From IMG/VR virus record IMGVR_UViG_3300046170_000505: a stretch of DNA of 64,000 bases; one strand, 5' to 3'. The stretch comes from a virus. Made by a program: the position numbers and the translations under genes. Positions 19,113-28,981 of this stretch are shown here, piece by piece (position 1 is the stretch's first letter; every line of letters begins with the position of its first letter). The notes under the pieces are model-generated. The model was not told the DNA's origin and searched no databases. It was given only the letters and a program-made list of their open reading frames with translations.

Positions 19113-19732
19113 GCTACAAATATGTATCTTTAGTTTCCGACCAAGAGAAATATGTTTTCTACAAAATCTACAAATCTGGGTCTTCTACAATTTCTAAAAT
19201 ACTGCGCTCTCACACAGAAACTAGCTCATTGCCCTACAAAAAAGTTTTATTTAAAAACTCTATAGAGCAGTTAAATACATATCACCCCAACCTTGATCTA
19301 TATTTCAAGTTTGCTTTCGTAAGAAACCCTTGGGATAGACTAGTTTCACTATATTCAGAGAAAATAGTAAATCATAAAAAAACCATAAACAAGATTCCTT
19401 ACTACAAACAATTTATTGGTTTATCTTTTGAATCTTTCCTGGATCGAATAATTTATTCCGATTTAGAGACCTGTATTCCTCATCACCGTTTGCAAACCCA
19501 CCTTATGCCCCTGAACAAAATGAATTTCATAGGCAAATTAGAAAATTTTAATAAAGACATCCAAGTTGTATTTAATCATCTAAAAATTAAAAACTGCAAA
19601 ATTCAACACCTCAATCGATCCAAACATTCCCATTATTCTGACTATTATAATAACCGCTACAAAAAATTAGTTGAATCTAAATACGCAGAAGATATAGAAA
19701 ACTTTAATTACAGCTTTGACAAACGTGTATAA
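19109..19732 (+). CDS. sulfotransferase (Sulfotransfer_2-like)
   Basis: KSGSST; RNPWDRLVS; FIGKLEN. Confidence 0.9.
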   Translation: MSYKYVSLVSDQEKYVFYKIYKSGSSTISKILRSHTETSSLPYKKVLFKNSIEQLNTYHPNLDLYFKFAFVRNPWDRLVSLYSEKIVNHKKTINKIPYYKQFIGLSFESFLDRIIYSDLETCIPHHRLQTHLMPLNKMNFIGKLENFNKDIQVVFNHLKIKNCKIQHLNRSKHSHYSDYYNNRYKKLVESKYAEDIENFNYSFDKRV

Positions 19733-19753
19733 ATATATTATATAAATAACGAA

Positions 19754-20020
19754 ATGAGTTCCTCAGAAAGACCTTCGAAAGAAAATTTATCTAAAATTTT
19801 AGAGATGAATAAAGCTATAGTGCAGCTTTTACCCAAAGGCGATGCTATGCGTCTAATGTATGAAAAGATGACAACCAGACTCTCTGAACGGATAGAAACC
19901 TACGACCAATTTTACGTAAACCCCTATTCTACTCATACTTCTAACTTTTCTTATCACGGAGATAAAGATATTATAGAGCATGGCGGCGAATATATATCAG
20001 GAGATGACAGGTCCTACTAA
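19754..20020 (+). CDS. hypothetical protein
   Basis: ORF downstream of a TTGACA promoter. Confidence 0.55.
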   Translation: MSSSERPSKENLSKILEMNKAIVQLLPKGDAMRLMYEKMTTRLSERIETYDQFYVNPYSTHTSNFSYHGDKDIIEHGGEYISGDDRSY

Positions 20021-20498
20021 AATCAGAATGGAGGCAGTTTACCCCTTTATTCGCTCAAGCCCTTTAAATTTAAATTCAAATATTGATATTGTAAATTTTG
20101 ATTTCTCTAAAAACCACATTGAAGTATGGGAAAAAATACAGTTTGCAAGCGACGATTCATTAGATAAATCAGAAAAAAAATTTTTTACCAAACAATTCGG
20201 AGAGAATTTAGGGCTCGCTCCAGATAGGTTATTTTTTGCTGCGAATAAATTAACAGGAAACATTATAGGCGCTTGTGCGAGTTGGCTTAAAGGTGACCTA
20301 GGAAGAGTTCATTGGGTTGCCGTAGTTCCTGATTTTCAAGGCTTTGGGGTGGGAAATAATTTAATGCATGAATGCATTTTACGTTTCAAAAAATTAGATT
20401 ATAAGAAAGTTTATCTTCATACTTGGAGCGATAGAAATATAGCGATAAATCTTTATTTGAAGTTTGGGTTTAAAAAAGTAAATTTATCCTTGACCTAG
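19980..20498 (+). CDS. GNAT-family acetyltransferase
   Basis: VAVVPDFQGFGVG; AINLYLKFGF. Confidence 0.9.
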   Translation: MAANIYQEMTGPTKIRMEAVYPFIRSSPLNLNSNIDIVNFDFSKNHIEVWEKIQFASDDSLDKSEKKFFTKQFGENLGLAPDRLFFAANKLTGNIIGACASWLKGDLGRVHWVAVVPDFQGFGVGNNLMHECILRFKKLDYKKVYLHTWSDRNIAINLYLKFGFKKVNLSLT

Positions 20499-20529
20499 TT
20501 GCTATATTATGGTAGCCTTAGTGATTGTT

Positions 20530-20790
20530 ATGAAAATTACTAAAGAATTAAAAAAAGCAACCTTCGAATACGACGAAGAGACTAAAAAATTCCTCATAAT
20601 AGATGGCGAAGACGGAGGAGTTGTTGAATTAAACAAAGTTTATGCTTTTGCGTTTATGCGTTTCGTTGTTCGCATGGCTCAACGCAATTGGTTTAGAGTT
20701 AAAAAGGCTACTAAAGCCGAAACTTTTGAAGTTGAAGGTCAAGAAGACCCCAATCAAGTAAATTTTTTAGAATCATCTATTTATGAATAA
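20530..20790 (+). CDS. hypothetical protein
   Basis: ATG downstream of TTGACC-17-TAGCCT. Confidence 0.6.
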   Translation: MKITKELKKATFEYDEETKKFLIIDGEDGGVVELNKVYAFAFMRFVVRMAQRNWFRVKKATKAETFEVEGQEDPNQVNFLESSIYE

Positions 20791-21211
20791 AGACGACTCA
20801 ATAAGACCTTGGGGGCATTATGAGGTGCTCCTTGATACAGATTATTGTAAAGTAAAACGCATAGTAGTTAAGCCTGAACAAAGGCTCAGCTATCAGTATC
20901 ACCATTATCGCCAAGAAGCTTGGACTGTAGTTCAAGGCATCGCTAAGGTTACGCAAAACGATGTAGATAAGAATTATAAAGCTGGAGAGACAGCCCTTAT
21001 AGGTCTTGGTGATAAGCACAGGATGGCGAATCCAAGCTCGACTGACGATATGGTATTGATAGAAGTTCAAACTGGAACTTATTTTGGTGAAGATGATATC
21101 GTTAGACTAGAAGACGATTACGACAGACCAAAAGAGCACAAAATCGCTGATGTTAACTACCCACCTTACGAGTGGACAGAAGATGTTGAAGATGAAGAAG
21201 GTCGCAGTTAG
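20783..21211 (+). CDS. type II phosphomannose isomerase C-terminal cupin
   Basis: RPWG; LSYQYHHYR.E.W; HR..N; IEVQTGTYFGEDDIVR. Confidence 0.92.
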   Translation: MNKDDSIRPWGHYEVLLDTDYCKVKRIVVKPEQRLSYQYHHYRQEAWTVVQGIAKVTQNDVDKNYKAGETALIGLGDKHRMANPSSTDDMVLIEVQTGTYFGEDDIVRLEDDYDRPKEHKIADVNYPPYEWTEDVEDEEGRS

Positions 21212-21596
21212 TGGTTATTTTGATCCCATTCACGTGGGGCATTTAGAATATCTTCGTCTAGCTAAAGAGCTTGGTGATTATTTGATAGTGATCGTAAATA
21301 ATGACTACCAATGCGAGCTTAAAAAAGGCAAATCTTTTATGGCTGAAGAAGATCGTGTTGAGATCGTAAAAGCCTTAGGGATAGTTGATGAAGTTTTCCT
21401 TGCCGTAGATAAGGATAGAAGCGTATGCGCTTCTTTGGAACGCTTAAGGCCCGATATATTTGCTAATGGTGGAGACCGCAGCGTCGGTGAAATACCCGAA
21501 TCAAAAGTTATGGAAAAATATAATATTAAAATGGTTGATGGCTTAGGGGATAAGATAAGAAGCTCCTCAAGCTTAACAGGATTGAAAGAGAAATAA
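21192..21596 (+). CDS. cytidylyltransferase-like (TagD/RfaE2-type) nucleotidyltransferase
   Basis: SGYFDPIHVGH; KKG; FANGGDR; SSS. Confidence 0.88.
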   Translation: MKKVAVSGYFDPIHVGHLEYLRLAKELGDYLIVIVNNDYQCELKKGKSFMAEEDRVEIVKALGIVDEVFLAVDKDRSVCASLERLRPDIFANGGDRSVGEIPESKVMEKYNIKMVDGLGDKIRSSSSLTGLKEK

Positions 21597-22381
21597 TGCA
21601 AATAAATAAAACATTCATAGACAAACTATTGGTCTTTGGTAAAGAATTGGGGCAAGAAGTATTAGAAATTCAGCTTGATAAATCCAGCTTAGATGTTCAA
21701 ACCAAAAAAGATGATAGCCCTTTGAGTAGGGCTGACTTACATTCCAATAAAAGAATTAGAGCTTTTTTATCAGAAAACTCTGATGTTCAAAATTACATTT
21801 CAGAAGAAGACAAAGAAGTCTCCTATGAAGATCGTAAGAATTGGGGGTATTATTGGCTCATTGACCCCATAGACGGTACTAAGGAATTTATAAAAGGGGG
21901 TAGCGATTTCTGTATTAATATAGCTTTGTGCAAAGGTGACTCCCCTATTTTTGGTTATGTTGGATGTCCTGCTTTAGGTGATCAATATTACGCGATAGAA
22001 GGTAGGGGCGCATTTAAAAACAGTGAAAGAATTTTTTGCAATTCCATTGACCCTGATTCAAATACTTTAAATGTAGTTGCATCAAAGTCTCACATGAATG
22101 ATGAAACTAAAAATTTCATAGATAATCTTTCTGATTCTTTTGGGGTTGAACTTCTCAACGTGGGGAGCTCTCTCAAGTTCTGCATGTTAGCTGAAGGTAA
22201 AGCTGATGTTTATCCTCGCTTTGGCCCAACAATGGAGTGGGACACTTGTGCCCCCCAAATCATAGCTGAAGAAAGCGGTGCCGACGTTTTTATAGCTGAT
22301 AGCTTAGCGCCATTGACTTATAATAAAGAGAATTTACTTAATCCATTTTTTATTGTCACAAACACTACGTTGATACATTAA
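21596..22381 (+). CDS. cysQ: 3'(2'),5'-bisphosphate (PAP) nucleotidase
   Basis: SEE; WLIDPIDGTKEF; SKSH; GSSLKFC; YPRFGPTMEWDT. Confidence 0.95.
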   Translation: MQINKTFIDKLLVFGKELGQEVLEIQLDKSSLDVQTKKDDSPLSRADLHSNKRIRAFLSENSDVQNYISEEDKEVSYEDRKNWGYYWLIDPIDGTKEFIKGGSDFCINIALCKGDSPIFGYVGCPALGDQYYAIEGRGAFKNSERIFCNSIDPDSNTLNVVASKSHMNDETKNFIDNLSDSFGVELLNVGSSLKFCMLAEGKADVYPRFGPTMEWDTCAPQIIAEESGADVFIADSLAPLTYNKENLLNPFFIVTNTTLIH

Positions 22382-22419
22382 AATATTTATTTTTTTTAAA
22401 ATTTAGTTATAATATATAT

Positions 22420-22605
22420 ATGAAAAGTACAGATTTAGTATATGCAAGTGAAGTAGAAGAGTTTTTTTGGGAAGAAGATGATGTATCGGTTCCAGAAGGA
22501 ACGCCTGTTGGCTATGAAGTTGAAGTTGGGAATTCGGTTGACTTTATTTTATTTAAAGACATTTACTGGAGGTTTGAAGATGACTACGAAGAAGTACCAG
22601 AATGA
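22420..22605 (+). CDS. small acidic hypothetical protein
   Basis: ORF track. Confidence 0.55.
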   Translation: MKSTDLVYASEVEEFFWEEDDVSVPEGTPVGYEVEVGNSVDFILFKDIYWRFEDDYEEVPE

Positions 22606-22828
22606 ACCTCTTAATTTATATAGAATCAAATATAATATAGGATCAGATCACGCGGCAGTGAATAGTTATCATTATTATCAAGCATTGACCTCCCAACAAG
22701 CTTTAGGATTTCACGAATTTAGTATGAATAAAAAAAGTTATTCCTGCCAAACTTTGTCTATAGAAAAGAAAAACATCTATTCAAATAAATGGGAGGATGA
22801 AAGTGATATTCTCAATCAAGAGGTCTAA
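22580..22828 (+). CDS. hypothetical protein
   Basis: GGAGG then ATG at 22580. Confidence 0.55.
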   Translation: MTTKKYQNEPLNLYRIKYNIGSDHAAVNSYHYYQALTSQQALGFHEFSMNKKSYSCQTLSIEKKNIYSNKWEDESDILNQEV

Positions 22829-22976
22829 CCAAGTATTTTCCTAAATTTTGACTCAAAATTTTAATATTTTTCATCATTGTGGCTTTTGTTTTTCGGCTTT
22901 TAATTTTCTTAGCTTTGTCATACAAATCAAGTATATAATCAGCCGTTACTTTTTGCCTTACAACACCTTTTTTCAT
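22812..22976 (-). CDS. small basic hypothetical protein (54 aa, MKKGVVRQKV...)
   Basis: Missed by the ORF track; GTGTA-N9-ATG on the minus strand. Confidence 0.6.
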   Translation of the reverse strand: MKKGVVRQKVTADYILDLYDKAKKIKSRKTKATMMKNIKILSQNLGKYLVRPLD

Positions 22977-22995
22977 AAAATTATTTACACTTAAA

Positions 22996-23498
22996 ATGCT
23001 AAATTTTTCTGATCAAGTAATTTATTCTGAACATGATGTAGACGAATGCTTTGAGTATAAAGATGGTAGAGGGAGAGTCCCTGACGGTATAGCTATTGGA
23101 TACATTAATAAAACCTACATAGAGCCCAAGATTAAAAAAGAATCTTTATTTCTTTTTGATGACATAAAATATAGCGAATATAACCACCAATACTGGGATA
23201 ACAAAGAGCTTGAAGAAGACGAAGATAGAATAGTATTACCATGATAGCTTTTAGAAAAGACCACGATTCAAATAATGAAAAAAGTAAAGATTTAGTTGAA
23301 AAATTGCAACAAATTTTAGATATAGTTTACGAAAAAGAAAAAAATTATCCTGGATCTTTGCACGAACAAGTTAATATTTCTGACCTTATTGATATTGTTC
23401 ATGATACATTGTATATAAAAAATAAAAATAGCATACAATTGATCGTAAATAAGAATAAAAATAATAGCCTAGATATCACCATAGACACTATCAATTAA
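22996..23498 (+). other. two small hypothetical CDS (22996..23244, 23241..23498)
   Basis: Coupled ORFs. Confidence 0.55.
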
Positions 23499-23499
23499 T

Positions 23500-24045
23500 A
23501 TGGGAAATAAAGATTTGATAGATTCAAAAATTGATTATTTTGAAAAAATATCCTTAATCCGTAAGCCCATTTTAAATTTTTGCCGCTCAAGAATCTTCAA
23601 CAAAAGTGATGCTGCAGATGTAGCTCAAAATGTTTTTGTAATTTTATCTAAAAAAAAATCTACTTATAACGAAAGTAAAAGTTTTTACGGCTGGGCATTC
23701 TCAATATGCCGTTTTCAAATAATGGCTTTTCTTACAAAAAATAAAAGATCTAAAGAAAATGCTTCTTATGACTCTATTTGTCATTCCTTTTTTCTCTCTG
23801 ATGAATTATGCCCACTTAATCAAGTTTTAAAATTAGAGTTAAAAAAAGAAAGAGATTTATTTATGCGGGAAAAAGTTAAAACTCTGCCTAGAAGACAAAG
23901 GCACTTCATGCTTCACAGTTTAGATGGCAAATCTAAAAGTGAAATTATGTACTTAATGGATATATCTTCCATGAATTATCACGCGATTAAATTAAGAAGC
24001 ATAAGATCTTTAAAGTCAATATTAGAAAATGAGTCCAACAAATAA
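23500..24045 (+). CDS. ECF-type RNA polymerase sigma factor
   Basis: DAADVAQNVF..Y..SF.GW..I region 2; LP.RQR..G.S..EI region 4. Confidence 0.82.
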   Translation: MGNKDLIDSKIDYFEKISLIRKPILNFCRSRIFNKSDAADVAQNVFVILSKKKSTYNESKSFYGWAFSICRFQIMAFLTKNKRSKENASYDSICHSFFLSDELCPLNQVLKLELKKERDLFMREKVKTLPRRQRHFMLHSLDGKSKSEIMYLMDISSMNYHAIKLRSIRSLKSILENESNK

Positions 24046-24140
24046 ATCAAAAATAAATAAGGTTTATAAAAAAATAAATTTATTATCTTCAGAACTGTTG
24101 AAGCAAAAAAAAATCCTACAAAAACTTAAAAGAAAAAAAT

Positions 24141-24533
24141 ATGAATAAATCTTTATTTTTTTATTCTTTATCTAATATAAGAGTTATTGATGGCGACACT
24201 ATAGACTCAAATATAGATTTAGGTTTTAGCATCTCCATAAGACGTCGCATAAGATTGCTTGGTATAGACGCTCCAGAAACAAGACTTCAAAGCAAAATAA
24301 AAGACTCAACTTCTAGAGAAAAAGAAAAACAACTAGGTATTGATTCGAAAGATTTCTTAACAAAAATCTGCAACTCCAAACGAGTATATTTATCCAGTCA
24401 AAATTTAGACAAATATGGAAGAGTCTTAGGCGAAATATTTTATATAGAAGATGATCTAGGGGTTGAAGAAAACTATGTCAGCATAAATCAGTTAATGGTT
24501 TCCGAAGGGCATGCTACAGTTTATGGCAAGTGA
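24141..24533 (+). CDS. thermonuclease (SNase-like)
   Basis: VIDGDT; RIRLLGIDAPE; DKYGRVLG; INQLMVSEGHA. Confidence 0.92.
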   Translation: MNKSLFFYSLSNIRVIDGDTIDSNIDLGFSISIRRRIRLLGIDAPETRLQSKIKDSTSREKEKQLGIDSKDFLTKICNSKRVYLSSQNLDKYGRVLGEIFYIEDDLGVEENYVSINQLMVSEGHATVYGK

Positions 24534-24952
24534 TTCATCGTCACATATATTTCGACGCAGATAATTTGTTTGCTGAAAAAATTTCAGTGTTTCATGAATT
24601 TTTTGTTCAAAGTTTCTTGATTACTGGGGTCGATAAAGAAACATCTTCTCTTGACGAAATAAAAATGACAAAAAACCCCAGTTTTTCTATGCTTTATTAT
24701 AAAAGAATAGTTGGCGGGATAATGGCTACAAAACCCCTATTAACCATCCAATCTTTTATTAAGTCAAGCCTTCATACTTCGTGTAATATATATTATCTTA
24801 ATAATAATAACGATATCGATGACTTCTTTCTTTACCAAAAGGTTCGCAATTGGAATGGTTCTAATAAAACTTGCCACCAGCTTTGGAAAATGGAATATGT
24901 AAGCCTCAAAGATATGCACGAATTTTGGCTCGAAAATGAGGAAATGCAATAA
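24530..24952 (+). CDS. hypothetical protein
   Basis: Coupled ORF. Confidence 0.5.
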   Translation: MIHRHIYFDADNLFAEKISVFHEFFVQSFLITGVDKETSSLDEIKMTKNPSFSMLYYKRIVGGIMATKPLLTIQSFIKSSLHTSCNIYYLNNNNDIDDFFLYQKVRNWNGSNKTCHQLWKMEYVSLKDMHEFWLENEEMQ

Positions 24953-25127
24953 ACCTTGGTGGATTTTAGATTATAATAAACGCAAACATGTTAGCGGCAA
25001 ATATAGAGCTACCGAAAAAGAGATTTCAGAAAAAAAACTTTCTGGAGACTGGAGCGAAGTAAAAAGATTAAAATCATTAATCAGAAGAGTTTGGTGGGGC
25101 ATAAAAAGATATAAAGACAAATAAACC

Positions 25128-25700
25128 ATGCCTCGCAAGCAAAACAACAATAAAGTTAAAGAAAATATTTTGTTATTAAGATCGCAAGGCAAGAGTTATA
25201 ATGAAATAGCGAATGAACTTGGTTGCTCAAAGTCAACTATTTCTTACCATTGCGGAGATGGTTCCGAAAAGAAAAGAACCTCCAATAATAATAAAAGAAA
25301 AACAAAAAAATCAAAAATTTGTCAAAAAATTAATAGCTTCAAGTCACGTGTTTCAAGAAAAGTTTTTCGTGGAAAAGTAAAAACTTTTAAAAGACGTAAA
25401 ATAAAAAGTAGGAGTCACACTAAAGTAAATAATATATCTCAAAATTATACTTATGAAGATGTTATTAAAAAAATTGGATCTGACCCAAGATGTTATCTTA
25501 CTGGTAAGCGTATTGATTTAAATAAAACAAATACTTATAATTTTGACCACATAATACCAGCGTCAAAAGGAGGCACTAATGATTTAGATAATTTAGCGCT
25601 ATGCACTCCACCTGCTAATTACGCAAAAGGAAACTTAAGTTTGACTGAATTATATAAATTATGCGAAGATATTTTGAAGTGGCGCGATTCAAATAAATAA
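25128..25700 (+). CDS. HTH-HNH endonuclease
   Basis: GKSYNEIANELGCSKSTISYH; CYLTG; DHIIP..GG.N..NL..C..AN..K. Confidence 0.88.
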   Translation: MPRKQNNNKVKENILLLRSQGKSYNEIANELGCSKSTISYHCGDGSEKKRTSNNNKRKTKKSKICQKINSFKSRVSRKVFRGKVKTFKRRKIKSRSHTKVNNISQNYTYEDVIKKIGSDPRCYLTGKRIDLNKTNTYNFDHIIPASKGGTNDLDNLALCTPPANYAKGNLSLTELYKLCEDILKWRDSNK

Positions 25701-25717
25701 CATGTGTACATACCTGT

Positions 25718-26122
25718 ATGAAAGCAGATGAACTTCAACATAAACATGTTTTATTTAACGCTACTTTTGAAAAAACTCCATTTCTTAAAGAGTCTTTTAC
25801 CTGCGATTGGATAAATAATGTTGTTAAACTTATAGATATGGAAATTTTATACCCCCCAAAGGCTTGCAGGTGCGATCTAAAGGGTAACGAAGGCTTAAGC
25901 GCTTTTTGTTTGATAACTACTAGTCATATAGCGCTTCATTCTTGGGAAAAAACTGAACCAAACTATGTTCAACTTGATGTATATAGTTGTAAGGATTTTG
26001 ATCATTTATTAATTATTAATGAACTTAAAAGTCTTGGCGGCAAGAGGGTAGGATGCACTACCCACAATAGAGACTTAGAAAACACCAAGGGCTGGATTAT
26101 GGCAGATGAAGGTTTACTTTAA
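25718..26122 (+). CDS. speD: S-adenosylmethionine decarboxylase-family pyruvoyl proenzyme
   Basis: GLSA..LITTSHIALHSW; QLDVYSC. Confidence 0.85.
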   Translation: MKADELQHKHVLFNATFEKTPFLKESFTCDWINNVVKLIDMEILYPPKACRCDLKGNEGLSAFCLITTSHIALHSWEKTEPNYVQLDVYSCKDFDHLLIINELKSLGGKRVGCTTHNRDLENTKGWIMADEGLL

Positions 26123-26879
26123 ACATTATACTGGGGCAATTACCGCTTACGATTATTTATTTTTTGATTGTATGGCTGAAGTTTCCCTGGAAGAAGAAGA
26201 TCAAGCTTTGGAGGAAGGCTGGCTCCCAGACGATTATGTTATCAAGAGAGATTCTGAATACGGAATTTCCAAATCTCATTGGTATCAAGCTAGGCAAACA
26301 AGGATTGACTTGTCAAAATTTTGTGATAACGCTAAAACGCGTCAATTAAGAAATCGATGCTCCGAAATAAGTACTAAAATATTTAATTGCAAAGATGTGG
26401 ACATGGATTCACTCAGAATTATTTTCTCTAAGTATTTGAATTACAAAGATTTCAAATATTGGGATTTGGACAAAGTAATTATAAGTGAACCTGAAAGAAA
26501 ACATTTCTTAATATATTATTACCTTGGCAAACCTGTAGCTTTTACTTTCTTGAGAGATGTCGGCACTGCTAGTGTTTACTCTGTTCAATTTGCTTGGGAT
26601 TACGAAGAACCGAAACTTTATTTGGGCAAATATGCCAATTTAGCAGAGATAGATTATTGCATGGGCAACAATAAAACTCACATGTATATTGGCTTAGGAT
26701 ATGAAAACGCTTGCCGATACAAAGCTGACTACAAAGGTTTTGAATTTTGGAACGGGGAGCTTTGGTCTTCAAATAAGAAAAAATACAAAGAACTTTGCAA
26801 AAGAGATTCCGATATTAAATTATTAAGTGATTTAGAAAAGTGCAAAGATTATGATGATCAAAACGTTTTTAAGACATGA
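26106..26879 (+). CDS. ATE1/Bpt-like aminoacyl-tRNA-protein transferase
   Basis: ALEEGW; WYQARQTRI; FAWDY..PKL.LG..ANL.EI; Y.G.GY....YK..Y.GFE. Confidence 0.75.
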   Translation: MKVYFKHYTGAITAYDYLFFDCMAEVSLEEEDQALEEGWLPDDYVIKRDSEYGISKSHWYQARQTRIDLSKFCDNAKTRQLRNRCSEISTKIFNCKDVDMDSLRIIFSKYLNYKDFKYWDLDKVIISEPERKHFLIYYYLGKPVAFTFLRDVGTASVYSVQFAWDYEEPKLYLGKYANLAEIDYCMGNNKTHMYIGLGYENACRYKADYKGFEFWNGELWSSNKKKYKELCKRDSDIKLLSDLEKCKDYDDQNVFKT

Positions 26880-27337
26880 TTCAAGATTATATTGATCATA
26901 TAACTAAAAAAAGAGATGAAATTGGAGGTCATGCTATATGCCCATACGCCAACGCTTTTTTAAAAAAAACAAACTTCATAGAGTCAAATAATTTCAGAAG
27001 CGATGCCTCAAAAATATTTAGAAGTTTACATCACCCAATGCTTTCTGTTATTTATGGTGATCCTAAAAAATATAATAAAAAATGGCTATGCGATTTCTGC
27101 GAAGAGTATCAATGTTTTGCAACAGGTAAAAATCTTTGGTTAATTTGGGATCATCCAGATCAAATAAATAAAATAAATGGGGTGCAAACAAATAACAATG
27201 AATATGCTATTTTACTAATTCAGAAATTAGATGAAACTAAAAAGTTTTCTAAAAAATTAGAACAGAAAACTGATTATTATAGTTATTGGAGCGCAGGATA
27301 TTTTGAAGAGATAGTAGGAAAAAGAGATTCCTTATGA
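26876..27337 (+). CDS. DUF1415-like hypothetical protein
   Basis: ICPYA; DHP; Q....L...YY..W. Confidence 0.5.
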   Translation: MIQDYIDHITKKRDEIGGHAICPYANAFLKKTNFIESNNFRSDASKIFRSLHHPMLSVIYGDPKKYNKKWLCDFCEEYQCFATGKNLWLIWDHPDQINKINGVQTNNNEYAILLIQKLDETKKFSKKLEQKTDYYSYWSAGYFEEIVGKRDSL

Positions 27338-27504
27338 ACAATAATGAATTCATCTTTCTTTGTGATTTGTGGTGCGAACATAGATATCTTGAAGTTGGAA
27401 ATATCATCAATAAAGAAAAATGGGAACCTAAAAAAGTTGCTGAATTTTGCGCTTATTTGTCTAGGTATTTAGGGGTTAATGAGCTTTATATTCTTTATAA
27501 GTTT

Positions 27505-27681
27505 TTATAACAACTTTCGTTTAACTTTTTTTTCTATCTCATCCCTCTCTTCTTGCGACATATTTTCAAATAAATCTTTAGCCTTCATCCAAGCGTCTAA
27601 CATTCTTCTTCCATTAGCATGCTCAAAATTTTCATCTTCCAAAACCTTAAGCACCAAATAGTGCATAATACTTTCTTTCAT
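27505..27681 (-). CDS. small hypothetical protein
   Basis: GTGTA-N9-ATG gives the start at 27681. Confidence 0.6.
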   Translation of the reverse strand: MKESIMHYLVLKVLEDENFEHANGRRMLDAWMKAKDLFENMSQEERDEIEKKVKRKLL

Positions 27682-27741
27682 ACTAAATAGTACACTCACA
27701 ATAAAGTTGATTTTTAATAATTAGTATATGATAATAAACAA

Positions 27742-28104
27742 ATGAGCAATTTCGATTTAATTTGGAAAACTTTTGAATTTCATTCTTTTGAGGGGTCTAA
27801 GCTCGAAGAAAAACATTACGCAAATATGTTAAAAATTCAATCTTTTAAAGAAAAAGGCTTTGGTTCTGAAAAAAATCTACCATCCTTGAAGCGGAAAATG
27901 CTTAAAGATATCACTATACTTAACAACTGCTACTCAAAACAATTAGATTCTATAAACGAATTAATTAATATCCATGATTCTAAATCTTTCCCCGAAGGCA
28001 TGGAAATCAGCAAAAGTACCTTATGCTCTCTAAAGAACCTAATAGAAACTCTTCTAAAAGAGACTAAAATATATTATTCAGATATTGAAGATTTCTTGAG
28101 CTAA
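27742..28104 (+). CDS. hypothetical protein
   Basis: ORF track. Confidence 0.6.
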   Translation: MSNFDLIWKTFEFHSFEGSKLEEKHYANMLKIQSFKEKGFGSEKNLPSLKRKMLKDITILNNCYSKQLDSINELINIHDSKSFPEGMEISKSTLCSLKNLIETLLKETKIYYSDIEDFLS

Positions 28105-28113
28105 ACATTCTTT

Positions 28114-28710
28114 ATGATTATAACTGCAAACCAATATGTTTCCTACAAAAACTATTGTAGGCTTATGATTGCTAAAAATTGTGTTATATTTGGTAATTTC
28201 AAATCCCAAAACGGCTCACAGACAATAAACAGAATGTTTTTAATGAGAAGAATGCTTTTTAACGCAGACTTTATTGAGAAAATTTCTCTATGTATGCTTT
28301 ATAAAATAGAGTCAAAAATAGGTAATTTTAACTTCCAAATAGGAGGCTTAGAGACAGGCTCTACCGCTCTTTCTTTGGGCTTGTCTTATGTAGCTAAATC
28401 TCGTGGAATTAAGATAAACTCTTTCTCTGTTAGGAAAAAGAGGAAGAGCTATGGAACAGAACATATAATAGAAGGAATTTTAAATAATAAACCTATCTTA
28501 GTTTGTGATGATTTAATTAATAGCTTTAATTCGATTAAAAATTGTAAAAAGATTTTGCAAAAAGAATCTTCTTGCGATATTTTGCCTTTTGAAATGAGTC
28601 CTCTTGTCCGTAAGCCCCTGAGTTCTACTATAAACTTGTTTGTTTGGTCAGATTTTACATCTTCTAAAGTCAAGCGTATTTCAACTCCTTTTGATAACTT
28701 AAATAAATAA
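28114..28710 (+). CDS. orotate phosphoribosyltransferase-like type I PRTase
   Basis: GLETG; VRKKRKSYG..IEG; ILVCDDLINS PRPP motif (degenerate). Confidence 0.72.
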   Translation: MIITANQYVSYKNYCRLMIAKNCVIFGNFKSQNGSQTINRMFLMRRMLFNADFIEKISLCMLYKIESKIGNFNFQIGGLETGSTALSLGLSYVAKSRGIKINSFSVRKKRKSYGTEHIIEGILNNKPILVCDDLINSFNSIKNCKKILQKESSCDILPFEMSPLVRKPLSSTINLFVWSDFTSSKVKRISTPFDNLNK

Positions 28711-28757
28711 TTCAAAATTAGCTTGACCCTTGCTTCTTATTATATTAATGTCAAGGC

Positions 28758-28979
28758 ATGATAAAAAGAGGTAGACCAAAAGGACATAGCCCATATATAT
28801 CAGTTCCCTATGACGAATTAGGTGATTGGCTTGGGCGCAAAAGTAAAGTTCTTGTGTGCAGGAAATGGTACAACAAGATATCCGAGGATTCAGATGGAGA
28901 GGTTCAAGAAAAACCAAAACAAAAAGTATCTCTTCTCGATGAAGAGCCTAAGATTGAATACACCCTAACACACTTATAA
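28758..28979 (+). CDS. small AT-hook-like DNA-binding protein
   Basis: KRGRPKG; leaderless promoter TTGACC-17-TAATGT. Confidence 0.55.
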   Translation: MIKRGRPKGHSPYISVPYDELGDWLGRKSKVLVCRKWYNKISEDSDGEVQEKPKQKVSLLDEEPKIEYTLTHL

Positions 28980-28981
28980 TT

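Noticed and set aside
25128-25700. HNH gene as intron-encoded
   Set aside because: It is free-standing between intact ORFs, with no group I intron core or split host gene visible.
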